NCBI GenBank assembly: GCA_973895155.1
Contig: OZ316895.1
Coordinates: 5,025,181-5,089,180, forward strand
Direction: 5' to 3'
DNA from: Marsupella aquatica
Taxonomy: Eukaryota > Plantae > Marchantiophyta
DNA: 64,000 bases
Part shown: one piece after another, positions 12,300 to 26,600 of the stretch
Position numbering within the stretch: the first letter of the stretch is position 1
How the letters are laid out: every line of letters starts with the position of its first letter
Made by a program: the position numbers and the translations under genes
The notes under the pieces: generated by a model
Databases searched by the model: none
What the model was told of the DNA's origin: nothing
What the model saw: the letters and a program-made list of their open reading frames with translations, nothing else

Positions 12300-12600
12300 A
12301 TGCGATCCGCTGTGTGTGCCTGTGAACTGGATGCGAAGTAAACCAACCACTGCTTAATACGGGGAAGTCGGGATAGCTGGGCAATGACTCCACACCTCTA
12401 CTAAACTGTTGCATCTCTGGTGGATGACTCGTTACGTGTGCCTCTAACCTGGATGGGAAGTAAACCAATCAAAGCTTACTACGTTCTAGCCGGGGTAGCT
12501 CAACAATGACTCCAAAATTCTAGAATGCTGTTGCTACTTTGGTGTATGCCTGACCAATGAGTACCCGAAAGCGTACCATCCTGGCCGTTAGTGGGAGGGA
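12300..12600 (+). pseudogene. Degenerate PPR-like repeats on the + strand
   Basis: Two diverged ~120-bp units translating with stops as TA*YGEVGIAGQ*LHTSTKLLHLW and IKAYYVLAGVAQQ*LQNSRMLLLLWCMPDQ. Confidence 0.45.
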
Positions 12601-13079
12601 TGCGTTAAGTGTCGATGTAGAGTTGACTACTAAGAATGCATGACTCCATATGACAGATGTCTGGCCTGCACGTGATAACATTGATTGTACTTACTACTAG
12701 AGTTTTGTCTTATCGATCACTAGCGGTTCACTTCGTACGAGAGCTTTGGCAATATTTTATTAGAATTTTCCACAGATCCTGCGCTTGCTGCTGTTATGCA
12801 TGACAGTTCCCGAGGAAATGTCTTGGCGAGCCTCCACTAACTGTAAATCCATTGGCAATAATGCTAGCAAGAAAATTTTGATTTTATGGAGGAATGTTAT
12901 GTGGTACTCGTTTATTGGAGTGGCTTACATCGAGTGGCCAGCATAGGATTAGTCTTACCTATACCGAAAAGATTCTTATTCCTGTGTCAGTTCAATCATT
13001 TATTTTCGTGTTGAGAAATTTCCGTCCCTAAGCTCAGTCAAGATTTCCAACTCTGATGCACAACGGGTAGTCCAAATTC

Positions 13080-13820
13080 TCTTCCATGACTCGAATTTAA
13101 CACTGCTCTCTATGTATGAAGTTCGCCAGAACTGATAGCTGCTCCGATCGGTACACCAATCAGCTGTTTGTTTATGTCAACAATGCAAGATAGTTGAATC
13201 GATTCTGTTACAGCTAGTAGGTCTTGTAACTGGTAATGCCGGGCTCGATTTCTTGCAGAGCCCCTTCAACATGGCCATTATTACACGCCGTTATCACGCA
13301 GGGCATCAATCAGAATGTTATAGGTCACTGACTTTGGTTTATGCAAGAAGTGTAGACGATTCTTTCCTTCCTTATATAAATGAGTAAGCAGATAATGTTT
13401 CCCTCCTTTCACCAGCGATTGGACCAAAGCATTACAAGTGACAGTAGTTGAGTTACTATTTGCATCCCGGGCAGGTTGCATGTAACTGAAAACCGCTGAA
13501 GCTTCATCATACCGTTTTGCTTTTTCGTAGGCAATGACCATCGCAGCGAATCTGTACTGGTCAGGCTTACAATTGTCGAGCGACATTGCCTGTAAGTGGG
13601 TATCCGCACGTCACGTCCCATACCTAGAAGCACAGAAGATGACGGTTGATCTTCAACATACATCAACAGAGAGCGCTTAGCACTGACCATTGCAGTAAAA
13701 TGTGTACTGGTCAGGCTTGCAATTTTCGTGCAACATTTCCTGGAAGTGGGTGGGCACACGCACGTCACGTCCTACACCTAGAAGCACAGAAGATGATGGT
13801 TGATCTTCAATACACATCGA
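13080..13820 (-). pseudogene. P-type pentatricopeptide repeat (PPR) gene fragment
   Basis: ORF 13281-13586: CKPDQYRFAAMVIAYEKAKRYDEASAVFSYM, VTCNALVQSLVKGGK, KPKSVTYNILIDAL, continuing past a stop as NGHVEGALQEI. Internal ~160-bp duplication (13540-13670 vs 13690-13820). Confidence 0.85.
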
Positions 13821-15849
13821 CACAAGAGTGCTGAGATTTGACATACTGGGACGATTGAATCATTGTACCGACCTCGCCTCAAGTCACTCAGAAAAAAAAT
13901 TGAGTATTCACTGCACCGACCATGACGTGAGGCTTGAGAAAGAAGAGTTTATAATCACTGCACTGACCTTGCCGTCAGGCTTTGAGAAGGAGGAGTTTCG
14001 TTCCTACACGTTCTGTGGTCCTTTAATTCGTCACTGAGTTCACCGTCAGAACTTTTAACAACAAGCGTTCAGTTATGTGTATGCCGTGGAAAACGATGGA
14101 TCCCAAACGACGAAAATCAGCAGAATGAGCAGAGCTTTGTAACGATGGAAGAAATTATTTATTTTCCATGTGGTGCAAATTGAAGTACAGTAATAAAAAC
14201 CTGATCGAAAACTCAGCCAGAAACACCAACCCCAGACAATTGCAGGATGTACAAGTTTTCCATCTCGCTGGGCAAGTACCTTGTGTATGATTTGCCAAAT
14301 AGAGCTCCGAGTGCCAGCATCGTAGTAGATTACCAACTTGTAATTACCGGTCAGTCATCTGCCAACAACGTCACAATGATAGTGCTCAAACATATCTAGC
14401 TCGGATTGATGCTCACAGCTAGAAAGCGAGGTGAGAAACAATGACAAATCCTGTCACACTTTAGAAAACAGTAATACAGAGTACACAAAATACTTTACCG
14501 TAAGCAAATGGAGGCAATGGCGAGAGCATTGGGGACGTTTTGGCAACATGCTCATTTTGTAATCAAAACATTTTACTGTAAGCATGAAATGAGTCAGTTT
14601 CAAATTGGGCAAATGTCATAGGCGAGTTGCATCCTGTTCTAGTCATGGGGATGATAATTATGAAAGCATCAGTCTTTTGATTTCAACTAAAAATTATTAT
14701 ACCATACACACAATATGCGCGCTGTTGTTTGGCTAAATATCTGAGGTATGTGCTTGATTGACCCCCAAACCAAGCTTTTCTTCCCAACCAACCTCATGAT
14801 ATTTTGGGTATGTTTATTTAAGATCTATCAAGGTCTATGAACAGTCCGGATCACTCACACGTCCCATCACATTGGGGTGCATTGAGCACATACCTCCAAA
14901 CTATCCCATAGTGAAGTGGGGCTGGACGAATTGGCTCCACTCCCATCCCCCTATTTGCTGCCAATCCCTCCTGGTGACAGATTACCACCATGATGTAGAC
15001 ATTTGACCACAGTGGAACAACGGCGTCTAGTTACCCTTTGGCACCATTGGCTGACATCCTCCAAGTCCCAGAGACTGTATCTGCAGAGAAGCACGCAAGA
15101 CTTGATCTGCCACACTTCAGTCGTCACATGTAGAGCATGCATGCCAACATTCTTTTAGTGACCAAAAATTGCCAAACTAAATTCCACCTCACTGAAAAGT
15201 ATTGGCCAGACCTTTTGTCGTAATAAGCCAATTTCTCACCTAGCCACAGACCCCTTTAGCATGGATCTGACCGTTTTACTATTCAAGCGATCCACAACAA
15301 GAGAAGTAAGCAACCATCAGTTGGATAGACTCAAATTGCATAGACTCAAATTCAATAATTTGATAGTGATTACATAACAAACAAACTGCATGACTCAAAT
15401 TCTTTGAATAATTTAAAAGCTAGTTCTAACTAATGAGCCTCTAACAGCCACAACAAAGGGGTCGTGCTCTTCAAAAGACTGCTCAATTATTTTGCCTATG
15501 GGAACATTAGAATTCTCCTGCAGGGTCCCCCATTCACTTCCCATCATAGGATCCTAGTACTCATATTTTTTTAATTTTTCATTGCGATTTCTTAACAAAT
15601 ATGACCTTGTTTTAGAAGCACTTTTATCTGGAACATAGATCTTGGCTCAGATCTTGGTAAGATTTACATTTTGAGCCATTGATAGACTGCTCCCTTTGTT
15701 GCATACCATCGCTATACCCCCTAATTTCCAAGAAGGTATATATATTCAGGAAGGGGATCATGATTGAGAGGTTGCTAGTTGCACCATCATTAGCTCCCGG
15801 TTGGCTTGATTGATTGCAATGCTATCAAGAAATCTATGTGTCACATCTT

Positions 15850-16230
15850 CAACGGAGGCACAAGCCAAAGCTTATGGTCCCAATTAGAAACACATTGCCC
15901 GCCAAGATGTCTTGTTCAATGCCTTGGTGGAGCAAGGTACTCCTCTAAGTTGGACCTTGGGACATGATACTAGCTACCCAGATTGGCTGAAGGCCATATG
16001 AGTATCTGATGGCCATCAGGACCTGGTTTGGGTCGACCTATGAGTTCTTAGTGACACCTTTTGGCTTATCTAATGCTCCAACCATATCATGATCATGCTC
16101 AATCATGAATAGTGTCTTCCACAATGTGCTTCATCCAGGGGTGGTTGTATTTTTGGATGATATCTTGCTTTATGGGAAGACTCTCAATGAGCATACTTAC
16201 CTGGTACTGTAGGAGATGTTCAAGAGGCAT
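15850..16230 (+). mobile_element. Ty3/gypsy reverse transcriptase remnant
   Basis: Translated pieces in correct order: SKLDL (~15945), TYEFLVTPFGLSNAPT (~16036-16083), VVVFLDDILLYG (16141-16176), broken by frameshifts. Confidence 0.85.
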
Positions 16231-16424
16231 GTTGAGGGCGGGGTTGAAGGACGGCCTTGCCTTCACCTCACCACTGTCTATCACAAAGGTCTTAGCCTGG
16301 GTCTCACTATATGGAGGTGTCCCCATCACCTGCAACATTTTGAGGCGTACAAAATGCGTACCCATCACAAGGCCCTATTGTCAAATACCTCGGTCGCGTA
16401 CCCACCGCGTACACATTTTTCTCC

Positions 16425-16655
16425 CTATAAGAATGAAATGTTCTTGGAACCCTGCTTGGAATATTCCAACATTTAATTTAAAATCTCTAATGTTCTTATG
16501 AGTCCCAAAATTGGATCTAGAAGACCCTAACATTAAAGTTCTTTCCAGAAAATTCTAAAATATTCCCTTAATTAATCAGAACCAATATTTAAATGACCCT
16601 AATTTGTTTAGTTGCAATGATGTGCCAGTTTGTGGAAGTGAAACCCCTAAGACAA
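16425..16655 (+). repeat. Dispersed non-coding repeat, copy 1
   Basis: ttggaatattccaa...tgatgtgcca(g/t)tt(t)tgtggaagtgaaacccc is shared with 44730-44920 and, reverse-complemented, with 57890-58088. Confidence 0.7.
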
Positions 16656-19600
16656 AGGTTTTGCATTGACCATAGCTATGGACCTTGAGCTCCAAAGTTT
16701 TGAACAAGCTGGAAGTAAGTTGCTGTAAAAAACTGTAGTCCAACTTTTGGCCAGCAGCTCTGTTGTGCACTAACTGGATGGTATGAACCCCTTGTCAGTT
16801 ATGCCGCATATATGCTCATGTGCAAACTTGACATAACAACCCTTACCTTTCCAGGCAAACTAAATTTTGAGGGCTGAGTGAATGTTCTTATAAGCGGGCA
16901 ATAATAAAATGGACCCTAATGTTCATCCCAAATCTTTGGAAGTCTTCCCTTGTTTGTGACCCTTTAAATGACCTAGGCTCTCTAGGCTTATTAATACTTT
17001 ATCCCATATAATGCATCCCTTTGTCAAATACGAGACCCCTGGAGAGGGAATTGACCGACGCTAAAGAATGAGCAGACAAGGAGAATTCAATATGATTGAA
17101 TATGCAAGGAGAATCCTCCTTCCATCTTGCCTTCCATTGGGCCAACTAAGGTTGTATTGGCTCCATACTGGACAAAGAGTTCAGTTATGTCATGTGCACC
17201 ATCTCCTTAAACATGGATTTCCCTTTCCTCTCTTGAAATGTTGTAGTTTGAGTTCAAGCAACTCATACATGATAGCTTGTGCTTTATCATAGGAAGCTAG
17301 ACCAAACTGCAGTGTCCATATGGGTGGTAATGTCAATGTGACAAGGGATTTTGCACTTAATGCTTGCCAACGGATCATTTAAGTGTCCTAATGTTCAAAT
17401 GACAAATTTCTTTTGTTCAAACTTATTGATTAATTTTATTTCTCACGCTAAAGAAAGTTTCTGCTTGAATGAACCAGTGAGAGCATTTTCACATGTGAAA
17501 TTCTAACGGATCGATCAGGCAGTCAGGTTTTTTTTTTACTATTTAACGGGCTATTTAAAGAAAAGCATTATCATGAATCTTATTCCAAAGTGAATGATGT
17601 AAGTTTCAAGACGGCCCACAGGTGCATGTATTTGTATAGTCCATCCATTCAAAGCATGTTGTCAAAACGTTGTAGTCCACTGGAACACTTCTAGAAGGTA
17701 ATAAATGGCCATGCACTACTCAGATTGATAGGGTCATTGGTAACAAATAGAAGACAGTACGTAATTCTCCTCTCATACACCATGGCTTTAACTGAGTTTC
17801 TTCCAACTTTAATCAGCGCATAACTTGACTTTTATTTCATCCTTTTTCTGTCCCATACTGGACAAGGAGAATTCTAGTAGCAAATGAGCTCAGCGATCTA
17901 TATCCCTGTTTTCACCACTTTAAGTACACACTCCTCTCCTTAAGATTTGACCTGTTTGCACCACTGTTTAATTACCAAAGTTTTATATTATGTGCACTTG
18001 AAATTCCATGTGCACCAAAGTTGTACATAACGTGCTAAATTAATTGTTTCTTGTGTAACAATTTTCAAGATCTTAAACTAAGGTGGACGGCACATACTCA
18101 ACATAGCTATGTCAATATTTTTTCTTATAGCACTTTGAGCTTACACTCAGCCCATTGAGGCAGAAGTCCTGGACTACATATATACCTGCATATATACTCA
18201 CTGCACCTGGCCAATCGGTGACTCCATGCCTAGGCTGCTGTGTATACAGTCTACCGTGCATAAGTGCACCATGTATAAGTGCACTCTGTGGGTAATTGCA
18301 GGTTGGTTGTGTTATCCCCTAATATTAGAGCATTTTTCTTTGTAAATGCACCAAAAATTTCTCCCTGTGTAAGTGCTTGAGTGCTCCAGGTTGAAATCAC
18401 GAAAAGACAAATACACAAGCACATTGTGGAGTATAATTAACAGTGCACATGCATTAGTCAATTAGTGCAACACATATGTTAGAAGCATTTATTGATAAGT
18501 GCAGGGAACTACACAGGGTAGTTTCATGCACTTATCCATTCAAATCATGCACTATGAGGATTCAGGGTATGAGGAGTCCATTGCATATGACCAAGATATT
18601 TGCAGAAGTGCATAAGTGATCTCACATGCACTTTTGGAAAGTGCAACATGCACATATAGAGGAGTGCATAAATGATTTCCATGCACTTATACCGTATTGC
18701 ACAAAGTGGATAAATGCAGGTTTTGGGTTTTCTTCCCGAGAGCCTGGACCTAGACAAGGGAGACTGTATCGTGCACTTGGGTCTAGACTGGTGTGCGATG
18801 CACTTGCATATGCAACACAAACCATGCTTGGACTGGCTGCAGTTGTCTGAACTCTGGTCAGAGCCACAGTCAAGGCACCCTTGGACCATGATCGTAGCTT
18901 TTGCTGGAATAACTTCTGCCCGACATTGTAAGCAAGAAAGTCCAGATTGCATGGGCTGGGTCATTTTTTTTGAAAGCTTTCGGAAGATTCACTGCTCCTT
19001 ACAAACTTCGGTTGTCAGCAACTCACTCTTGCTTCTAGACTGAATGTTGATTATACACATTCTAGCTCACGTCTACCAACTCATCTCGTTGAAGCCAGTA
19101 CTAGCCATGCTTAGATCATAAGCTGGGACATCCCTTTTTACAGTAGAAACACAGCATGCATATGATTGACTATAAATTCGGACATGTGAGGTTGCTAACA
19201 GTCCATTGCGAAGGACAGGCAGGAAATTCGGTAACAATTTTCTCAGAAAACAAGGTATATTAGTCGCAATCGACACAAAAGGGTCTTTCCTAAAAGTGAA
19301 GATCATAGACATGATTTTAGGGTTAGGTTTCTATGAAGTTATCCAACGTGTGATAATTGCCGCCAAGTCGTCTCCTACAAATGGTCTTCATAATTACCTA
19401 ACTTTTCCTGATATGCTGACAGTTCCATTGTACAACCAATGGAACTGGCATGCGGATTGCAGATCGTCCTACTTTGATACAACATGATGGCTCTGCACTA
19501 TTTCGATACTGTTGACACTGCACTTTCTGTTGAAGTCTACTTTTTAACTGCTCCAAAGCCGAGTGGAAGCGTTCTTTGGAATTGGAGCACATGGTCTGTT

Positions 19601-21984
19601 GTTGCCTAAACAGCCAACGGAAAGTTCTGTGCAGACATATCCAATGTTCTCTGCTTGAACGGCGCCGCCCAGTTTGCTATGAAGGCCAGAATGTTCCATG
19701 CTCGTGATAGATTGGGGATCACATAGATAGGGCTCCGCGCAGGTCGGACCACAGGGCTTTGCAAACCAGTGTCCACCATGAAAGTAGCTACACCTTTCCA
19801 GACTGTAAATCCCCTCCGAGGAGAAGTCAACAGGAGAGGATAGCTAATGACCCTGCTAGTGCAATGTTAATGAGTGATCGAATGTTTTAATGCTGTGTCA
19901 ACTTTTGATAGTAACAACAGCAGACCAACGTTGAGAGAACTAAACAGTTATAGATGTCAAATCAGCCGAGTGCCATGGAGTACATGACAGACTACCATCC
20001 GAATTCACTATGTAATGAGTAGATCTTAAACTAAGACCCCTCAGTCTTTGGATGGGGTTGGCAAGTGTTCGTGTGTAAGGCCCACAGGTTTCAACTTAAA
20101 AACAAACACCGAAAGCTAATCAGATATGCATTCTGGCTTTGCCTACAACTAGATGATACATTGATAGCCTATCAAACGCCATTGACGAGAACAGGTCGAT
20201 CTATATCCATGGAAATTGTGTAAGCTTGTTCTCCTTAAATGGAGATCTATATCCCTGGAATTGTGTAAGCTGAAGGAGCGGTTGGACGTCATTAAGAGAA
20301 CATGTGTGACTCGGTCAAGTCTCTAGTTAATTCCACACATTTATTTGATTCTACTGCGGACTCTTCTGTTTATGTTCAAACGCTGGCTCATACCAAGAGA
20401 GCCAATTGGTAGCCCGATGGAAGTCGTTCAAGAATCTTTGCCACGAACAGGTCAGTTTCGATCCGAGCTTAGTCGAAAGTTTCATAATTTGTATTCCATC
20501 GATTACAATTGGCAAGCTCCACCCAACATCTAGACGCTGACGCTGACAGCATATTGTTCTTCGTGACCGCCATGTCTCAAAAGGAGCAACAAGAAGTAGA
20601 CGATGAGATTGACAGCATCGTGTTCCTCTTGATCATGGTCCGGCCATTCTCTATATCTCGAATGACCTGCATGCTAACACTTCACATCAGCTGACGATGA
20701 AATGGTTGGTGTTCTGTCCAAAACCTTTCGAGGCCTTTTTCATTCCAGGATACGCTTGAACGGTCGACAAATCTTAATTCCCGACAGCCTTCTTCCCTGA
20801 AACTGTTGTCCTCCAGAACAGGCTTGAATTGGATAGTCGGCATTACCTCCCGGCCCGTTCACACTGGTGGACAGCTATCTTCTTCACTGTTACTATTGTC
20901 CTCTAAAACAGGCTGACAAATTGGATGGGTCGACATCACCTCCCGATCACACTGGTGGACAGCTTAGAAACGTTAACTTCATTTAAGTGTTCGTACCGTA
21001 CCTCGGAATAGGTTCTAAGAATACTAAGAAACTCAGGACGAAAGAATGAATGAGTATCACGACCCAAATGAGCCTTGGACCAATATTGGCCCGTGCCTTC
21101 CTACAAGTAAATGTCACACACTACCAATGGGGCTGCCAAGAGAAACTAATATCCACTTGCAAATAAAATAACCGTGTTGCTAAAAATAGACTATAACCCT
21201 TGTTGCAAAAGGCCTATATATTGATCGACCACCTGTACTATGATCACCGTGCGACCAAATGGGCCCACGGGGCAAAGAGAATCGAGAGAAGAAAGCCTAT
21301 AATTGATCCACCAAATAATTGTATCCCATCATCGTGCCATCTTCATGGAATTTCTCAAACCACAAATAATCCTGGATTGAATCGGAATCTTGCTTTGGAC
21401 GTACTGTTGACAGCTTTAACTCCTCTACGCGGGGCAACGGCCACTTATTAGAATTTGATATATAAGCAGAGAGGAAAAATACTGAGTAGAACATACATGT
21501 GAATGCTCTTCAAAATTTACCCTAATCGCACATTGGCCACACATTCAAGTTCTACCGCTTGGTTCAAATCTATTGGGATACACTTCCAAGCAATGAACTC
21601 GCCTAGACAGTCGGTTAGTTCACAAAAGTGCCACCACTGGGTCGAAGATGAATGTCGGGGTCTGCTTCAGCGGGTAGATTTACAACTCCAGAAGCTAGAT
21701 GGATCCACTTCCAGGACTTCACAGCATGACAATTGTCAAAAATCGAACCCAGGAATGACCACACAGTTGTGGATGGCCAGAAAGGAATTAGTGCAGGCCA
21801 TACAAATACTCGAAGCATTCTCGCACCATTGGCCACATTGAATTCCTGGAGATTTGAAGTTATAAGTCCAGAAGCCAGATGGATCCACGACCAGTAATTC
21901 ATTGGATGACAATTTTGAACAGCGATCCCATGCATGGCCAAAGAATAGAGTTCCAGGTGAATGGCCAAACAGGTGCCAAATAGT

Positions 21985-22885
21985 AAACCCTACTCGCATC
22001 ACAGATCATTTGCAGAACTTTCGAATCTATCCCCTCTCCCGGCATCATAGACCATTTGCATAACTTCCAAATCTATCCCCTCTACTCGCAGCAAAACATC
22101 AAGAGTGCAGACGGCCATAGATAATGATTTCAAGCTGTTAATTCTAGAGCTTTCGAATCTACCCCTTTTTGTCGCAGCAACAAATCTATAGTGCAGACTA
22201 CCAAAGAGTAGGATTTCACGCTGTCAAAGCAAAAATCAGTAGACCATGTGCATAACTTTCGAATCTATGTCCTGTACTGACTCGCAGCAAAATTTATATA
22301 ATGCAGACCATTTGCATAGCTTTCGAATTTTTCCTGGCTCTACTCGCAATACCGTCCATACATCAGGATTCTACGCAAAACCCAAAATCCAAAGCATTTG
22401 CAGACCATTTGCAGATCATGTTCGAATCTATCCCCTCTACTCGCCACAACGTACCCACAGTAGAGATCCAAGGAAACAGCCATTACAGCAAGTTAATAGG
22501 ATAGACCATATGAAAACCCTCCATCTTACCTACCAGCAGCAACGGCTACATATTTACATGTCTAAGCCTTGAAGAGCCAAAATGACTAGTACAGACAGAC
22601 CATACGCATGGCATTCGACTCTATGATCTCTCCCACTCGCAGCTCAACGTCCTCTCATTATCTAAGCTTATGAGAATAGGAATGACACATGAAATCCAAC
22701 ACCGATTGAACAACAACCTCCAAACTTCACCATAGCAACGGCACATTAGATTTTCAAGCGAAGAGCCAAAATCCCTACTGCTGGCAGACCATACCGAAGT
22801 GCCAAATTCACTACTGTGCAGAAGAGCCAAAATCCCTACTGCTGGCAGACCATACCGAAGTGCCAAATGCACTACTGTGCAGACC
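21985..22885. repeat. Degenerate repeat array
   Basis: About 6-7 variants of gcagaccatttgcataactttcgaatctatcccctctactcgca in 21985-22445, then two copies of gccaaaatccctactgctggcagaccataccgaagtgccaaat (~22764 and ~22826). Confidence 0.8.
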
Positions 22886-25800
22886 ATAGGCATCACTTCC
22901 GGTTTTCTCCCCAGCAACATTATTCCAAAGAAAGAAATTAAATTCCTAAACTAAGAACCGAAAGATTGATCACACTTCGAAACTGTATCTTCTGCTCCCT
23001 CCATACAGTCGTGACAGTGAGTAAATATTAGCCTCAACCACAACTACAGACTTCATGAATGGATTTGAATGCAGACGAACTAGCAAAATCGTTGAGGGAA
23101 GATAACGATCTCGGTCAGTGGGTGGGAGGTACAAGTACAGTAGCTGAGTGGTTGGAGGTCCTTCATACGGTATGGAAAATGCTGAAGGGCGATTGTAAAC
23201 CACATGCAAGGGCTTTGGTGTATTTGTTGTTGACCGGGATTCTCATTTGCTCTCTCCTTTGCTAATACAAGCTATGCCCTTCGAAAATCTAAAGTTTAAC
23301 TTGTTAAAGTTTAGCTTGTAGAAGCAAAGGAGATAGCAAATGAGGATCCATTTTCGACTCAATGAATTGGAGATGCAGCAAGTATCGCTTTCCACTTGTA
23401 AGCTCCGTACTCCTCGCGCTGGATAACATCAGTTCGACATGTTTGTCACAAAAATTCTCGACGATCTTGATATCGCGAGAAAACCCTGGCTGTCGAACCC
23501 TGCCAATTCCTGAACACCACAAAATCATCCCAGAAACAGAGACTGAGTCGGGAAATTTGTCAGCGGCGGCAAAGAAATCGATGGACGTACAGTGAGGAAC
23601 TTCGTGAGTTTGAAGATTAGTGTAAAAAGTAAGGACGTAGAAGTTCAGACTAACAAGCTAGTCGCAAACCTCATAAATTTTGCGTCGACGTCAAACGATG
23701 CAAGCCCTCAAAAGATGCACGAGAGACAGACGGACAACCGTGTGCCACTGCCAGAATGTGTGCGTCACTCACTTGTAACGATTCTGAAGCGGTAGGAGCT
23801 CAGGTGCCAGGGATTCGAGTCATTTCGTGTGCCAGGCCAGGAGCCCATTAGTGCCTGGAGGAATCATGGTGGAGGCAGGACGAAGCAGCGGGGGCTTGCT
23901 TCCCTTCATTCGACTATTGCACGTGGGAGTCACTGAAGAGAAATGAGCAAGTCTTCGGTTCAATTCTTCGAAAGAGCAAAACACTCTTCAAATAGTCGGG
24001 AGAGTTTGCGGGAAAAGGGTACGAAGCTCAAAAGTTGTTCACGGGCAAGCAACACGCACGGAGAAACGTCTGGCAGAAAAGCTAAAAAGCAGGGGCAGCA
24101 CGAACTAGGCGTTCTGAAAAACAACCAGGGAGTGGGACAACACCCAAGGTGCATAGACTTTCGCGGCGACAGCTACTGTCCTGTACTATTGGCAATGCTG
24201 GCTGATGCTGACTGTAGCAGCCAGGGCTCTCCCGGGGATGGCAGCCCACCCTCTCCTCTACGAGTTCCAACAGACTACTACAGTAAATTCCACAATCGTC
24301 AGATGCATGACGAAAGCTGGTGATCCTCTAACCTCGAATCTTTGAAGACCACCTTGGGTTGGTAGATACTCTGACAGCAAAAGGATGAAGGTGCCTCCAT
24401 TGCGGAATTTGGCTGGGAAAATAAGAGGGCTCGGGGCCTCGGGGAGTCTCCCCTGGGTGGCATTGGACAGATAAGATCTCACAAGTGTAGGTAATCGGGC
24501 CTGTCGTTTCAATCTTGGGGATCATAACAGGTAGGGCTCCAGCCATAGGTGAACAAATTTGGTGGTGGGTTGTGCCAGACCAAGCAGGCGAGCGGTCTCT
24601 GCTTCATGATCTTATCTGTCGTACCCTACCACGTGCATTGGGCTGGGCTTTTCAATGCCATCGAGCTCACTTTGTGCGCAGCTCTTCTTGGCGGGTTCCC
24701 AAGTCAGTACAAGCCTTCATAGTATTCTACGGTAGCTTGTCTTCTTCACCTCCTACTGGCTGGGCCCTTAGTAGAAGCCCTTGCAGTGACCTGCTAGTCA
24801 GCACTGGAATTGTTTTTGCAACCTTTCATCTTTCCTCCTCAGTAGCCCGGGCGCAGATTCCCGCTGTTGTGGTTCTTTGCCTAGCTTCTATGATGACAGA
24901 AGGAGCAGCAGCTGGCCTAGAGCCCTGGACCATCGAGTACTCCCTTGTTTGCACCCTATATTGTGATGTCCAACCAGTCACCAGGCCTCGAACGACCCAA
25001 GGCCCCATGGCGTCAGTGACTCGCCGATAAAGTTGTTTGGATTCTCTGCGGGCTGCTGGTCCTCCACGGCCCCGACACTGCTAAATATCGCTCTATATTA
25101 TGTCTTTAGCTGTGGCAATGATCATCCCTCTGAACCAAAAGATACCCACCTTCTCCAGGCCCGGCCTACTTGCCTATGCCTGTATATGTGATGACTACGG
25201 TAGTAAGTTTCTCCAAATTTATGTACGATTTGGTACCTTCGATCCCTCCCCAAGCCCGTGACTCGGATTCAACCCAAATTCTTCCCAGCTTCCGCCCCCA
25301 CTAATCCTCGAGAGTCACCTGACCCTCCTGGGGTTGCCAAAGGGCACTTGCAGGTACGCCCGTCGTCGTTTATTAAGTGAGCGGTCCTTGGGGGCCTTGC
25401 ATTGAAAGATTACACATCATTCCATAAGGAAAAACAGTGGTTTCTTTCAAGTAGCAGCTCTCAATCGGGGCCTTGCCCGTGAGTGCTTAATGATTCAGGA
25501 ACACTGCCATCTGCATTCCTCTCGCGGCCCATCCAACTGGATTAATTTCGCATTTGCTGTCAAGAGTATTATGGTCCCTCCTCCATCCAAATCATGACAC
25601 GGGAACATATGCCGTTGTGAGGGGTAGTGACTGAACTAACGATGAACATGTCTATAACTTTCACACATGTGAGGATAAGGGGAGAGAGCCTGCCCGGCCC
25701 GAATTCAATTCCAGCCAGCCCTGTGTTTACCGAAGTATTCGCACAGCTTTTTACAAGACGACTAATGTATAACCTGTTTGGTGGGGTTGACCCCAGGCTA

Positions 25801-26289
25801 ATGATTCCCTTGGTGGGCTCCGGGCAGATTGATGAACTACTCACGATGAACGGCACGAATGGAATACACTCCCAGTTTGCAAGGCACACCGTCCGGCCGC
25901 GCTCTGGGGCCGCCACAATGTATATTTTGCCTTGGCCTGTGGGAAGCCCGAGAACTGGATGAAAAGAATTGGAAAGGAAAAGTGTAGACTTGGTGGGAAA
26001 GATAGATACGCTGACGTGCTTCCTTATTACCGGTTACTGGTGATAAGGACATTGCTCCAAGCGTCCCGTTTCTGAGCACTCATGCTTGTCCCATCGTAAC
26101 CTTTCTGTCACCCAAGTACTTTTTCCAAACTAAAGTGACTGATTTTTATACTATTCTATCCTTCGCTGCGAAATAAAAAATGGTGCACCCTGTGAAAGCA
26201 AAGGACGGTGAGAGAAACCACCTGGTTCTGGAATGATTAGCGGATCAGATGTGAACACTGTTCGGTTAGCTGCATTTAAGTCGAAAATT

Positions 26290-26600
26290 TCCCTATTCCG
26301 TCAACTCACCGAGAACCCAGCTTGGGAAGCTCAGACTGTTCTGTTACCTGAATTTACCGGAATCTGCGCTTTGTCCAAAACATGAGCAGTTACGTTACCT
26401 GAATCAATATACGGTGCCCATTGTCCAGAACTTGAACTGTTTCGTCGACTGAGGGTGAACTAAAATGTTCCGTCAAGCGAATGGAAAAATGAAAGTTAGG
26501 GACTCCGTCAACTGAATTGTAACCGAGAATTAGAAACCAAAAGTTCCGTCAACTGAATCGTGATCGAGCATTGGAGACTGTTCCATCGACGAATCAAATA
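26290..26600. repeat. Array of a short motif, ttccgtcaactgaat
   Basis: About 8 variants at ~26297, 26340, 26393, 26440, 26468, 26504, 26544, 26581 with non-repetitive spacers. Confidence 0.65.

Noticed and set aside
18000-19830. Mutator-like transposase (ACQFHW and Cys/His-rich pieces, gtgcac-rich flank)
   Set aside because: Candidate motifs are short and not in the expected order on one strand; it cannot be supported without a search.
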